From positions 6,544,122 to 6,608,121 of the forward strand of contig MU053810.1 in NCBI GenBank assembly GCA_013239625.1: 64,000 nt of DNA. The letters are read 5' to 3'. A program made the position numbers and the translations under genes. This DNA comes from Lama guanicoe. Taxonomy: Eukaryota. The notes under the pieces are model-generated. The model worked only from the letters and a program-made list of their open reading frames with translations, searched no databases and was not told the origin of the DNA. Of the stretch, positions 25,550-39,708 are shown piece by piece. How positions within the stretch are numbered: position 1 is the stretch's first letter; each line of letters opens with the position of its first letter.

Positions 25550-27304
25550 CTTCCAGGTTAAAAGGACAAAGGCAAAATATTCAGGAGGTGTGGGGGAGAT
25601 GGGAGGGGGAGGGGAAAGAGAATGCAGTGACAGCTCAGAACAAGGTCTGAGAAGTTTGTTGTTAGAGCAGAGGTGATTCATTCAGTCTTCTGGTTCCCCG
25701 GGGAAATTGAAAAAGAATGGCAAACTAGAAAAATAGAATGGATTCCCCTCTGAAGTAGCTTTCTTAAATCTTATTTAATAATATGCACATGATTCAAAAT
25801 AATACAAGTTAGCGAAAAAAAAAAGCTCAGAAAATTTAGCTATAAAAACTTAATTAACAAAATTTGAAATGCACAAAATTGTATTTTACAGTGAAACCCA
25901 AGGGAGTGCACATTAATTGTATTTTAATCAGGTTTGACCACTATGCCTGGTTCAAACAGGATGTTGTAACAGGATGGTCATGGAAATTAATACTTTGACC
26001 AGAGTTGCTTGTTCCTCTAAAGAAAGGGCAATGAAACTGATTCTTCTTCCCTCAGAATGATTTTGAGACACAAGACAGAAACTACGGAGAGAATGTGTCA
26101 CCCCAACCAATCAGTGCAGACTCCAGAAAATCAATGAAAACATGAAAGATCTGTAGCAAAGAGTGTCAAGGACCAAGCCATGATGCAATAGAAATTAGGT
26201 GGAGATAATCAGGGGTTTCATGGAATTTTATATTTCCCTTTGTATTCACTCTGCAGATAAGAGTGCCCTAGATTATTGTTAGAACTGCTGACCTTCAGTA
26301 ATCATTTTCTAGAATAATGATTTCTTCTACAAGGTACATCCTATCACAGGCACTTGTAATACAAACTTTTCTTTCCTATATATTTCCTTTTAATTGATTC
26401 TGGAAATATATTCTAATTGATTAAAAAACAACATCTTACACTTAATTAGTTATTTTGAAAATGACAGCTTATAATAATTGAATATCAGCAGGTATATAGG
26501 GCCAGGATGCCAGGACCTCACATGGTGGACTGATGTCACAAGTGTTGATTGTTTGCTAAAACCAGACCCAGATCTGCTCCACCAACCTTGAGCATTTCAC
26601 TGTCAGTACCTTCATCAGCTGCTTCACTTCACCAATATTAACTAGAAATGCCCTTACACCTCTACATATTAGAAATGCAACTTAAATAGTTTAATTTTGT
26701 TCAGGATCCTTACATCTGACAAAAAAATTGATGAAAAAGATAAAGTTAACATTTTCTTAAGATATTTGAGATACTTTTCATATGACATAAAGCTTCCCCT
26801 AAATCCTTGAATATCCCCATTTTACAGTTTAGGAATAGAAAACTCAGGGTGATGTGGTAGCCTGAGTCTAAATCCAGATTTATTTGACTCCAAAATCTGT
26901 GTTCTCTCATTTATCCTAAACTTTTCCCAGAAGAAAGAAGGTTGAAGTTGTTGACTGAAGAATGTCTGGATATTATCAAATGCGTGTCAATCCTGTATCC
27001 AGTTCCTGCCACTATTACCAGAGGTTTAAACAACCACAAAAATAGCATATAACATGTCAAAACTCCAGGTGCATTATCTTCAAACTGGGGATTTGAATAA
27101 CAAAATTCTATAAAATATTTAGTGATGTTCAACTTGCTCTATGAGTAGTAATTCCACTGAGAGCAGAACTCTTATCTTAGGTGATGGATGAATTGCTCTA
27201 AGCTAAGGCTCGTAGGTACATATGGGAAGTTGGGTATGGTACTCAAGTTTGGCAGGCCCTCTACCCTAAAGCAACTCCCACACTGACTTCTGTAGACCCC
27301 TTTT

Positions 27305-27444
27305 CTTAAAAAAAATTTGGTGGGGGGAGGTAATTAGATTCATTTATTTATTTATTGCTTTTGATGGAGGTACTGGGGATTGAACCTGGGACCTTGTGCA
27401 TGCTAAGTAGGCAAGCACTTTACCACTGAGTTATACCTGCCCCA
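27305..27444 (-). mobile_element. Second Vic-1-like SINE with TSD
   Basis: Reverse complement of the 17938 element; TSD gtagacccctttt (27292-27304) / gtagacctctttt (27445-27457). Confidence 0.9.
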
Positions 27445-28329
27445 GTAGACCTCTTTTGATTTTAGAATTAGAGCCAGTTAAAACCATAATTCTATCCAGA
27501 AAGGTAGGTGGTTAGTAATAAGGTATTGTCAGCCATCAACACTCTATCTCAAATTAAATTGCCAGATTAACAAACCCTCTACTTTCTAGGCCTCTCCCAA
27601 GAAGTGGGAGATTTGCTGGTTTTGAGGGAAGAGATGAGAAAAAACTGAAGAACACTGAGCATGTTCAATGCTGCATTGAAGGAAAATCCCTGTGTGAACA
27701 GAGACTCCATAAAACCCCAAGTAAGATGCTCCTCAAGTCTGAATTTTATAGCAAAATAATGTTATAGACTGGCAAGCTTCAGTTTGTTTTATCATTTTGC
27801 CTAGAATAGACTCTGCATAAAAGGAAGGTCGATTAATATGGATTTCTGAAATTTAAAAGTGGAAAAATAGACAAATTCTCCCACTCAAATCCTTGGACAA
27901 CATCCCTTAGGGCACTCATACTGGGCAATGGTGTCATACTGTACTCTAAACTCCACACGCCCTCTAGCGTATCCCTCTGGAAACACAGTTGCTAGTCCCA
28001 TGCTTATGTAAGTATTTTCTCTTAGAAGGTGAGAATTTCCAGAGCAGCCTGAGCTTAAATTCTCAGTGCATCCTGTAAAGCCAACTCCTACTGATGTGTT
28101 CCTCATACAAATCCATTATTTTGCCATATTTTTAAAATTCCCCACCTATTCTCAAAATGGCTTAAAAGGATGCTCAAACTATGATGAGATTGAATACATC
28201 AGACTGTGTTGAGTGATAAAAGAAAAATAATGTTTGAGGCAAAACAATCAATAAATTAGACTAAAATTCATAAAACAGCAACCTTCCACCTGTTCATTGA
28301 ATGGGCTGTCTAGATAGCTGTATGTATTT

Positions 28330-28690
28330 ATATTAACAAGGATAGACTGGGTTATGCTATGGTAAAAATAATTCCAAAATCTCAGGAGCTTGTAAACACT
28401 ACGCTCTAATTCCTCTTTCAGGTTACAGGCCACTGCAGGGTACCCTGAGGCCTGCTGCCCACTCTCCTCTCTAATCTTTATGCCAGTTGAGCAGCCACTG
28501 TCTCTTATGCTGCTGGTCATAGAGCAAAGGGGAAAAGAGCTTTGAAGGATCTTGCACTAGCAATTAAATGCTTTGGGCAAATTGCTTCAAGTCACTCTCA
28601 TTGGCCTGAACTAGTCTGGCGACTCCACCCATGAGAGAGCTGGAGAGTCTAGTCTTCCCTGTGGGAGGAGAAAAGTTGCATATCGGTGGG
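28330..28690 (-). mobile_element. MLT1-type LTR, degraded
   Basis: ggttatgctatggtaaaaataattccaaaatctcagg...cattggcctgaactagtc pattern. Confidence 0.5.
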
Positions 28691-29814
28691 CAGCTGAGAA
28701 CAGGGTGAAAAAAGGAAATCAGGGGAGATCTGATTCATTGTGTCCATGAGATAAAACCAAATACAACAGCTCAGGAAAATTACAACTATTTTTTGAATCT
28801 AGAATCAGAGGGGAATTCCTTCAGGATTCCTCTTAAAAAGGACAACGTAGAAGATATTACATCAACTTTACAGGGCATTCCAGGCCTTTTCTTATCGGGG
28901 CTTGTGACATTGTGGCAATCCATAGTTTGTTTTAAAAAAAAATTCCAGAGAATGTAAACACAGCTGAACATGCGGCGGGCCACGTGTGTCCTGACTGCCA
29001 CTCATGGGTCACCGGGACCGCGGGGGACCAGCTGTGGTGGCCCAGGGCAGCCATGTTCAGAGATGCCTGTCTTGCACTTTGCTCCAGCCCGCTGACCAAG
29101 TCTCGTGATGCTGGCAAAGTAATTATTTTTCTCCCAAATTTATGTATGAGGAAGTAAGAAACTTGTCCAAGGTGACATGGAATCAGAAGAGGCCCAGAAT
29201 CTTGTCAGTCCAAGAAACTTCATATCATTTATGTCTTTCTCGATTGGAGGGCGTGGGGGTTCCCCCCTTTCTGCAGTCACCTCAAAACACTGTGCTGTTC
29301 CGATGTAAAGCTTTGAGAGCGAACAGCATGATGGTAAGAAACGGGAGGTCCTCCAGCAAGCGTGTGTGACCCCAACCGAAGCAAAACTGGTGGCCTCCAT
29401 GAGTGAATTTGATAGTCAAAATAAACTGAAAAGCAGTCTTGGAGTATTGATGCCCAGCACTGGGCTAACTAGTAATTTACTTGTAAACGAGACAGGGCAA
29501 TTAGAAACGTTCTTTGGACAATGCCCTTGACTGTGAAGTCGACAGAGTGCAGCCCTAGTAAAGGGAAAATTAGAAACAATCTCGAGACTGCTTTGTGTGG
29601 AAACAGATAGGTTGAGTTCTGCCATATTACAAGTGTCTGGTCACTGGTCAAGGGGGACTAAAAAGAATATGCATTTACATTTCAGAAGGACCGAGGTTCT
29701 GATCCTGGTCTGCTGCAAGTTATTAAATCCCTCTGAGAATGGATTTTGTCTACAAAAGATAAAACAAGACACTCTTTTCAAGGGTTGTTTTATAGATTAA
29801 ATTTTACCACAGTT

Positions 29815-30095
29815 TTTTCTTTTAAATTGAAGTATAGTTAATTTACAATGTTGTGTTCGTTTCTGGTGTACAGCATAGTGATTCAGTTTATACATTTTTA
29901 AAAAATTCTTTTCCATTATAGTTTACTATAAGATATTGAATATAGTTCCCTGTATTATACAGTAGGACCTTGTTGTTTATTTTATATATAGTTGTGGGTA
30001 TCTGTTAATCCCAAGGTCGTAATTTATCCCTCCTTCCCTTTCCCCTAAGGTAACCATAAATCTGTTTTCTGTGTGTGAATCAGTTTTTGTTTTGT
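29815..30095 (-). mobile_element. L1 3' end
   Basis: aattgaagtatagttaatttacaatgttgtg...gaatatagttccctgtattatacagtaggaccttg. Confidence 0.88.
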
Positions 30096-30829
30096 AAAAA
30101 AAAAAAAAGAAAAAATAATTCCAGAGGGGTCAAATTATTGTGGCTTAGGTAATCTCTGCCAAGCCCTTGATTCAGGGATGTATTTAAGCATTCCACAGTG
30201 AAGACTGTATTTAATCAACTGAGGGGAAGTGAGCACTAGATTGGGTTCTCTAGGAAGCTTCTGGAAAAAAGCTACTCTTTGCTGCCAGGGGAGAACCAAC
30301 CAAGATTTCTTAACAACTGTTAACCACGGGTTGGTTAACGTCCAAGTAGGGAAACCAAGGAGCCCACGAGGCTCTTCCCAGACTTGAAGTCCAGGCAGCT
30401 GTTCTGAGGTGAGCTGAGGGAGAACCTGATATTTGAGTCAACATCCTCCTCAAACAGTTCTGAACTTTCCCCATGGTGCAGATGGATTGTTCATTGATAA
30501 ATCTCTGAAAGTTCTATTTCATAGTCAGGGGCAAAATAGTTTGAGCCCAAAATTTGTAAGGCAAATGTAACCAGACCCTCACCTCAGCCCCATTATAACA
30601 AACCACCCTCAGAATATCCCAGTCTGAGCAATTCTACTGTTAGAAGAAGTCTAATTCTGGAAGACTCTTTTAAGATAAACCAAAATGAATAAGACATCCT
30701 TCAATCCTGAAATTCTATAATAAAATAATGTTATAGACAGGGACACTTGAAATTTTTTAAAAATAATATTGCCTAGGAATTATATTTATAAACAGTTTAA
30801 AAGCTAGAAAAGTGTCTTCTAAAATAATA

Positions 30830-31060
30830 AATAATATTAACTTTAATAAATGCTTGCTATAGGCCAAGCAGTGTGGTAAGTAAGCACTTTCAATGAATTA
30901 TCCTATTTAATTGTCACAATAATCCTATAAGACAAAATCTTTTATTACTCCTTACCTACAGATGAAATACAATGAGGTCAAAGAATGTCCAAGGTGCCAA
31001 CTAGGAGGTTAGACCAGATCATCTGAATCTTGAACATATCCCCTTAGCAACTATACTTTC
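30830..31060 (-). mobile_element. MIR SINE
   Basis: tgcttgctataggccaagcagtgtgg...tatcctatttaattgtcacaataatcctataag...acagatgaaa. Confidence 0.6.
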
Positions 31061-31456
31061 ACCTTCTATCAATAATATCTTTGTTTTTAGAAAATGTAAC
31101 TATGGCCTCTGTGTATACAAGTAATTTACTAGCAGGATCGGTAACCTGTTGGGTTTTAGATTCTAAAAGCATCAATTGTACATGTAGGGAAATTCGTCTC
31201 TCTGTTCCTGGTGCATTAATCATCTCCAAAACTGGCAGGTGACTGATCAGTAGAAAATAAATTTGAAATAAGAAGGGGGGTTCAGCACAACCATGTATCC
31301 CTTTGTAGGGAAATTTTAACTTTCAATGGCTGTTGGAAGGCCATTCCCACTTGTCTTTTGTTGAGTTAATATTAACATTGTTTATTTCTCCATGAGCATC
31401 AAAACCCAGGAACCAACTTCCATCATGGCATTAAAGGCTAACCAAAAGCCAGTTGA

Positions 31457-33092
31457 TCACAGAACTAGAACAAATAATCTGTAAATTTATATGGAATCAC
31501 AAAAGACTCAGAATTGTGAAAGCAATATTGAAGAAAAACAATGAAGCTGGAGAAATAACCCTCCAAGACTTCAGACAATACTACAGGGCTACAGGAATCA
31601 AAACAGCATGGTATTGGCATAAAAACAGACATACGGATCAATGGAACAGAATAGAGAGCTCAGAAATAAACCTACAGACCTATGGTCAGTTAATCTTCAA
31701 CAAAGGATACAAGAATATACAATGGAGAAAAGGTAGTCTCTTCAGCAAGTGGTTTTGGGAAAACTGGACAGCAGCATGTAAATCAAGGAAGTTAGAACAC
31801 TCCCTCACTCTGTACACAAAAATAAACTCAAAATGGCTTAAAGATTTGAACACAAGACAAGACTTGATAGACTTCCTAGAAGAAATCATAGGCAAAACAT
31901 TCTCTGACATAAATCTTAGCAATGTTCTCCTAGGGCACTCTACCCAGGGAATAGCAAAATTAATAAATGGGACCTAATTAAACTTAGAAGCTTTTGCACA
32001 GCAAAGGAAACCATAAGCAAAACAAAATGACAACATACAGAATGGGAGAAAATATTTGCAAATGATGTGATTGACAAAGGTTTAATTTCCAGAATATATA
32101 AACAGCTCATACAACTTGATTACAAAACAAACAACCTACTCAAAAATGGGTAGAAGACCTAAACAAGCAATTCTCCAAGGAAGATTTACAAATGACCAAC
32201 AGGTACATGAAAAGTGCTCAATATCACTAATTATCAGAGAAATGCAAATCAAAACTACAATGAGGTATCACCTCACACCAGTCAGAATGGCCATCATCAA
32301 AAGTCCACAAACAATAAATGCTGGAGAGGCTGTGGAGAAAAGGGAACCCTCCTACACTGCTGGTGGGAATGCAGTTTGGTGCAGCCATTATGAAAAACAG
32401 AATGGAGATTCCTCAAAAAATTAAAAATAGACTTAGCATATGATCCAGCAATCCCACTTTTGGGCATATATCCAGGGGGAACTCTAATTCAAAAAGACAC
32501 ATGCACCCGAATGTTCCTAGCAGCACTATATACAATAGCCAAGACATGGAAACAACCTAAATGTCCACCGACAGATGACTGGATAAAGAAGCCGAGGTAT
32601 ATTTATACAATGGAATACTACTCAGCCATAAAAAATAATAAAACAATGCCATTTACAGCAACATGGATGTCCCTGGAGAATGTTATTCTAAGTGAAGTAA
32701 GCCAGAAAGAGAGAAAAATACCATATGATATCACTCATATATGGACTCCAAAAAAGAAAAATAAAAAAGAGCACACAAATGAACTCATCTACAAAGCAGA
32801 AACAGACTTGCAGACATAATAAACAATCTTATGGCTATGGGGGGAAGGGAATGGAAACAGATAAATTTGGGATTTTGAGATTTGCTAATGTTAGCCACTA
32901 TATATAAAAATAGATTAAAAAACCCCAAATTTCTTCAGTATAGCACAGGGAACGATACTCAATATCTTATAATAACCTTTAATGAAAAAGAATATGAAAA
33001 TGAATATATACATGTCTGGGACACTGTACTGTACACTAGAAATCGACACATTGTAATGGACTGTACTTCAATTAAAAAAAAAACTTTGAAAA
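31457..33092 (+). mobile_element. 5'-truncated L1 (ORF2 C-terminal part + 3' UTR), frameshifted
   Basis: ORFs give [60 protein letters not shown]; degenerate TSD aaaagccagttga / agaagtcaattga. Confidence 0.97.
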
Positions 33093-33251
33093 AGAAGTCA
33101 ATTGACTGTTATGGACTTTTTGACCCAGAACCTGATTGTTTAAACAGCTTTGCACTTTGTTGAGGCAGATAGCTTAAAGTAGCTCACTTACAAGAAAGTG
33201 TTAAATCCTGAGTAAAGAGCACAAGGTCAGGTGACAGGGCTGCTGGGTTAC

Positions 33252-33424
33252 CATCTTCATCGTCATCACAGGCTGCTCCAAATTCCCTTTGTCTGCAACA
33301 ATCTGGTCTCTTTAAAGAGGTCGTTTATAACGTTGTGGCGTATAAGCCTTCTTTTGAAAGAGAACACATTTCTGATAATCTTCCTTGTCAGTTGCGTTTT
33401 GAAAACCATCGATTGAGAAAATAT
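33252..33424 (-). other. Candidate exon (173 nt), no frame open throughout
   Basis: Acceptor ttttttgtcattag|, donor atg|gtaacc, CpG-enriched. Confidence 0.25.
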
Positions 33425-34345
33425 CTAATGACAAAAAATCTACTGCAAATTCAGTCACACTTTCAAATGCACTTATATTACTCTTAATCACAGCTGTACC
33501 TCTAAGAATTTGATGTATATTGGTACCTACATGTGCGACTTGCTTTCTTCAATCTGTAAACAAAGTGTGGCCTGTATATGACTTCACAGATCCCTTCTAA
33601 GACATCTGGAAGTTAACCACAAATGACTGTAATGTAACTATTCTCTACTCCCTTAAACTCTCTAAGGCCATATGCCTTCCTCCTCACACCCCCAATCTCC
33701 CCTCAACCCACTGAAACCCTATGAGATTTTCATAACTGAGGCCTAAACAAAATGTGAAGTAGGTGGAATCCATTTCTAAAGCTACATGTACATGCTGAAA
33801 TGCTTAAGAGTGAAATGTGCTGATATCTGCTTCGAAAAATGAAATGGATAGAAAAACGGAGAGATGAAAATGCAACAAAGCAAGTAGAGCAGAATGTTAA
33901 CAACTGCAGAGTCTAGGTGGTGGATGTGTGTGTTTACAATTGTTTCCATTTTTCTATTTGAACATTCATGTAATAAAATGTTGAGGAAAAACACATGCAT
34001 GATTCTTACAATTATTTTATAAATATACTATATATTTTTAAAGTATTTTTGTATATGAATGTTAAATAATATTTGGACAACACTGTTACACAAATTCACA
34101 AAATAAAATTCTGGCTAATTTTTAACACCAAAAGCCACCCTTTTCAGTCTAGAATATTCTTCTCATGGACCTTGATCTCCTTCCCTCCCCAACCCCTGAT
34201 CTCTACTGGGAAACAAGCTGCAGAACTTCGGTCACAGGCTAGGACCTCAAGGATGGGAAGAGGGACAGAAGTTGCCAAAAGTCATTCTCTGAGAATTGCT
34301 ATAGAGCTGGCCCCAAGGAGGTAGTCAGAAATCCAACTTGTAGGG

Positions 34346-34472
34346 TTCTTTTTTTTTTTTTGGAAGTATAGTTAATTTACAATGTTAGTTTCATGTGTTC
34401 TGCAAAGTGATTCACTTATACATATATATACATATACATTTTCCCCCCAGATTCTTTTCCACTATATGTTAT
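34346..34472 (-). mobile_element. Short L1 3' end
   Basis: T-tail + gaagtatagttaatttacaatgttag...cagattcttttcc. Confidence 0.8.
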
Positions 34473-35149
34473 CAAATTGTAGTATTAAAAGGTGAGTGCC
34501 ATCCAGGTCTGATCCAGGCTGTGGCTGGCATCAGTACAGGTACTGGGCTTCAGACTGTGAAAGCAAGTCCAGATTTCGTAAATTTGAGAGACTGGTTCTT
34601 CCAGGGTCCTGTGAAATTTGCTTTCCATTGGCTTAAACACTGGGAGGGCCGGCCCTGTGCTGAAGGCCCTTAGTCTCTGGAGCTGAGCAGGGATGATGTG
34701 GTGAGGGAGTGAGTATTCTGACACCACCAGAGGCCAGAAAGGGAGTTGCTGTGGACATGACCCCCTGGTCCACCACCCTTTCTTAGAATAACCTCTTGGA
34801 GCTTGTCTCATTTTTTTTTTTATTAGAAGTGCAGTTAGATTTTTCTTTAAACCTTTTCTTGAACATGTATGAGGCCTTGGGACCTGAAGTTGAGAACAAT
34901 TTGTTACCTTATATACCACTTGCTAGGGAAGATTAGCACTTCCGCTACAAGAGTAGTGATGTGCTGATGACAGGGCACAGCACCTTACTGTTCAAGAGTG
35001 TCATCTTAGATAATAAAAATGTATCTTCTGTGGAGTGTTGTGTGAAGTAAGATGAAGACCCAAGATTTCATCACCTTTCTACAAAAGAGTTTGGAGCCAT
35101 CAATAAGGACAGATCTGAATAAAAGACACATCTCTTTACATGAGTCACG

Positions 35150-35320
35150 TGTATTAAGTCATTTTATTCTCACAACAGTCTTATGATGTGGGTACCATTG
35201 TTATTCCCACTTTATAGATGAAGTAATTGAGGCAGATGAAGTAACTGCTAGGAATTGACAGAGAAACCTTTTAACCCAGGCAGTCTGGCTTCAGAGCCTC
35301 ATTCTTAACTACCTCCCTGT
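35150..35320 (-). mobile_element. MIR SINE
   Basis: attctcacaacagtcttatgatgtgggtaccattgttattcccactttatagatgaag...aacccaggcagtctggcttcagagcc. Confidence 0.75.
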
Positions 35321-36739
35321 GCATTTCCGGAGAGACAAGGGCTCGAATTGTCATCAATTTTACTTTTTAGTCAGGCTGTTCCTGTACATTGACATAGCAC
35401 AGGAACTCGAGCACACAGGGAGTATCTGAGTTACAAAAGGACAAGGTGATGAGGTTATGAAAACAGAAGGAAATGGACAGAATCCAGAGAGACTTTGCAA
35501 AACAATCATATAGGACTAAATAAAATCAGGAGAATGAGTCAATGATGACTCAAAAAATTAAGCCTTAGTGATGCAGGAAATGATGGTGCCACTGACAGAG
35601 AATGGGAAATGAACAAGTGGGTGGGTGGGTGGGTGGAAGGTGGTGGTGAGCTCAGCTTTGATAACCCAGGGAGAAAGTTTCAGTAAGCATTTAGCAATAC
35701 TACAACTATCGAGGGGAGAAGAGAAATGGAAAAGAAGATTTCCGAAGCAGTAGCCTAGATGACACAGAACACCACTGATATTTTACCTCTTTTTTTATCT
35801 TTAGTATGTGATGCATTGATTGAATGCTCTATACCCTGTTTCATTCCATGGAGGATTTGAGGCAGTTTACACTAAAATGAACAAGAGATTACTGTTGATA
35901 TATTAACCTGGAATATAAATCCATTTATTTTTAACTTCACCTTTTCCTTTTCTAAATAAAATTATTTCATTTTTTTCCCCCTCGGCCCTTATCCTAGGTC
36001 CAAATTTTTATTGATCCAATGATACTCAGTTTTTAAGAAGTTTTTGGTAATCCTCTGAATTGGAGTGGTAACACTTTTTATCAGTTGTGATATTTTACAT
36101 GTATTATTTTGTCCTGTCTCATTTTGCTTTGTTATGTATCATATAAAATGTTGAAGTCTAAATGGTAAGGATCATGGCAACAGCATTTGAAAATCATGAT
36201 CAAAATTATATGTGTATATATGTATTTTTTTCCCATAACTTGTTTATACCTTTGCTCTGCCTTTGCTGTCCTATTTTCTCAACAATGGCTAATTTTTGCA
36301 GATTTTTAAGGAAAGTTTTGAAACTAGTCTCCCTCTTCCAGGATCTAAGAAGCTAAGTACTTAAAAGGAGCTTTGACTTACATAATAATAATTATGATAA
36401 TAGATGTGCCAGGTAAGAGAATTAGTGGGTGGAATTAAGCAGGAATTTTGTGTTCTTTCCAGTTGAAATGTTCGTTTTAGCAAAAGTTCATGTTGAACTG
36501 GGAATCTTTAGTTTGTTGTTTAGTAAAACGAGTGTTGAGGGGTAATCAGTGCTTACTGGTTTTGTCCATTTTCACATGTAATACAGGGGAAAAGCAGAAT
36601 TTCAGCCGTGGCATTCATAAAGGGGTCTAAGGAATCCATGAGGGGCCACTACCTTGGTAAAGGTGGAATCAGAGGTGGGTGGAAATTGTGATAATGGGGC
36701 AGTGAAAAGAGAAATTCTAGGCAGGAGCTGGTGAATGAA

Positions 36740-37020
36740 TATATATGATTGGAGTCCTGGAAGGACAAGAAAGAGAAAATGGACAAGAACTATCCTAAGA
36801 AAAAATGGCCCAACATTTCCCAAAGTTGATAAAAAAAATAAATAAAATAAAATAAAATACCAACCCACAGAGTAAAGAAGCTTAGAAAAGCTGAGATAGG
36901 ATACATTTACAAGCAAAAGAAAATCATAGCTAAATAACATCATGGTCAAATTGTCAAAAGTGAAAGAAAACAGAAAATCTTAAGAGAATCCAGAAAAAGA
37001 AAGTCACATGACTATAATAG
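36740..37020 (+). mobile_element. Old L1 ORF1 fragment
   Basis: ggagtcctggaagg...aaaatggcccaacatttcccaaa...catcatggtcaaattg...aaaatcttaagag resembles L1M ORF1 coding sequence. Confidence 0.6.
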
Positions 37021-38199
37021 TGATGTGCAGGATAAATTAGGGACATAGAGGCTGAAGGCAGTTGACATAGTCCAGCTGCGAGAGGACAAGGACGCAGCTC
37101 CTTCACTCACCGTTGGATAAAATGACCTTCTTGGCCTCTGAAAGAGTCAGCCAGGTGGGAGTCACCAATCAGGCTGGGATGGGGCTGGAATAGGGGTGTT
37201 GATGGGTGGCACTAAGAGTAAGAGACTCCATCTGGCATGAGTTTCCTGTTAATACCTGTTCCCTGCCTGGGGATAGTCTTAGGGCCAAGACTTGTCCTTG
37301 GACAGTCCTCTTTCAGAGACAGAAAAGAGCTGATGGATTTCAATATGAGGGGGACGGCGTGAACACACAGAAAGAAAACACCCATATCATTGCTGTTTGA
37401 GCTAGGGGGCAGTTAAGGGCAATCCTTCACTACTGCCGTTGTGTTTACTTTCTCTGGTTTTGGTGTCTGTATTAGGAGACACCATACAAAATGGTTTGTT
37501 CTATAGATCTTAGCTGCATAAGTTACCTGTGCATTGTGTCCCCCAGGAGTCACAAGCATCAAGGTCAGACTCTCTTGCTTGCTTTTGTTCCCTTATTCAG
37601 TGAACATGAAAAGTTCAAGCAAACTCGGATGCCATCAAAATCCCCCTGCCTCTCTGTAACCTGTGCATCTCTCCCATGGGCTATGGTTCCATTTTCCTTC
37701 AGAATTTCCTGCTCCCTGAATAATTTCCTCCTGGCCGAGGCACAGAAGAAAGCAGTGAGGGGTACAAAGATGCTGATTACCCTGTTATGCTGAGTCCTAA
37801 ATGGTGTCCATCACAGAAAAATATGAGATCATGTCAGTGTAACCATTAATACAAGCTCTCTTATACTTAAGATGTCTGATGTTTCAGAAATAGGTTTTTG
37901 TTTGTTGGGTTCGTTAATTGGTTGGTTGGTTTGGGTTTTTTTTCAGTTTTTATACTTCCTGGGCAAGGCTGTCCCTAGGCAAATTCATGAATAGACAATC
38001 ATTTTCCTCTTCAGTGCCTTGTTCACCAACTTCTTCATTAGTTATTTTCTCTGTCCCTTCTGGCCACTAGATTGAGTCTTCTGCTATGGAAAGGTCTAGT
38101 CTGCAGAAAAGATCTTACCTCAGTCAGTTCTAACGCATGGAACTATAAGTCACTTCCTTCCAATTTCTCCTTTTCAAAATAGGAGAAATCCTATGCCTG

Positions 38200-38805
38200 T
38201 CTGACCACTGTGTTTTGGAAGTGCATTCATGATCTGATTTCACAGGTTCACAGCTGGAGAAGAACTTTGCCTCAGGGTAAATTCTACCTGAAGGCTCACC
38301 TCATATCTTGTTTAAAGTATGTTTGGATGAGACTTTAAACTTTAGACTTAAGAGTTGATGTTGGAGCAAGTTAAGACCTGAGCCTGTTGGGTTGGAATGA
38401 ATGTGTTTTGCCTGTGAGAAAGACATGCATTGGCTGGGACTGGGGATGCAGGGGAAGAACGTTATGTGCTGAGTGTTTGTGTTCCCCCAAAACTCAAATG
38501 TGGAAGCTCTAATCTCCAGTGCAGTGATATTTGGAGTGAGGCTTTTGGGAGGTTTAGAGGAGGCTCCCATGATGAGAACAGTGTCCTTATAAGAAGAGGA
38601 AGAAAGATCAGAGCTCTTTCTGCCAAGTGAGGACACAGTGAGGAGGTGGCTGTAAGCCAGGAAAAGGGCCCTAATCTAGGGGATCAGATGAGCCAGAACC
38701 TTTATCTTGGATTCTCCAACCTCCAGAATTGTGAGAAATGAATTCCTGTAGTTTAAGCTCCCCAGTCTATGGCATTTTGTTACGGCAGTCTGAGTTGCCT
38801 AAGAC
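38200..38805 (+). mobile_element. MLT1A-like LTR (38461-38805) with adjoining MaLR internal sequence
   Basis: tgtttgtgttcccccaaaactcaaatgtggaagc...gtccttataagaagagg...cccagtctatggcattttgttacggcag...taagaca. Confidence 0.85.
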
Positions 38806-38899
38806 AATTTTCCAGTATATACACCACTTACATTGTTTTCCTTCTCTATTGCAAAAGCTGGAACCTCTAAGTCAAGGCTGAATAATTCTTGATGACTTT

Positions 38900-39440
38900 G
38901 TCTTTATTTTTTTTTGCATTTTACAATTTTAATAGAATGTTTGAGGTTGGCTTCTAATACATACTTATTGTAATGTCTAGGAACGACTGCTACACCTTCG
39001 ATTTCTATTTTTCTTGAGTTATTTCATTAGGATTCCTAAATATTACAGAATGATTTTTAGCATATTGATAAAAATCTGTGCTTTTCTATTAATGAAATAC
39101 AATATATTGATAAGTTTTCTGATACTGAATGATTCTGATATTCCTGGAACAGATCCTACTAGGCATCATGTTTTATTTTTGTTTTTAAATGCACTGCTAT
39201 GTTTAATTTGCTTATATTTTTTTTGGCAATTTTGAGTCTACATTTATGGGTAAGCTTGGTCTATAATTTTCCCCCTGTGCTTTATCTATCAGGGTGAAAT
39301 ATTTGCAAAATAAGTTAACAATCTTTTCATATTTTATATGCTTTAATCTGAATAATATAGAAACTACTATTTCTTGAAAACTCTAAAACTCTCCCCTAAA
39401 ACCATTAGGATCTGGTGACCTTTTTATTGGTAAATATTTA
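38900..39440 (-). mobile_element. Ancient L1M ORF2 fragment
   Basis: Degenerate antisense ORF2 text (attcctggaacagatcctactagg; ttggtctataattttcc; aaaaccattaggatctgg). Confidence 0.55.
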
Positions 39441-39708
39441 ATGACATTTTAAATATGGATAATGTGTGTTAAAACCATTAAAATGCCAAAAGACTCATGT
39501 AAGCTCATTGGAACTATTAGCTTATTAAATCCTCTGCTTCCTCATTTGTAAAATGGGCATAATAATAGTACTGATTTCATAGGGCTTTTGTGAGGATTAC
39601 ATAAGATGATTCATGTGAAGTTTAATAAAGAATCTGACGCATGATAGATATTCAGTAAATGTTGGCTGTTGTTACTGGTATTATTACTGTCACTGATTTA
39701 CAACCTAC

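Noticed and set aside
28786..29001. 71-aa minus-strand ORF as an exon of the candidate gene
   Set aside because: No usable AG acceptor after the pyrimidine tract and no homology.
31453..32819. ORFs of 174, 102 and 119 aa as host genes
   Set aside because: They are frameshifted pieces of L1 ORF2.
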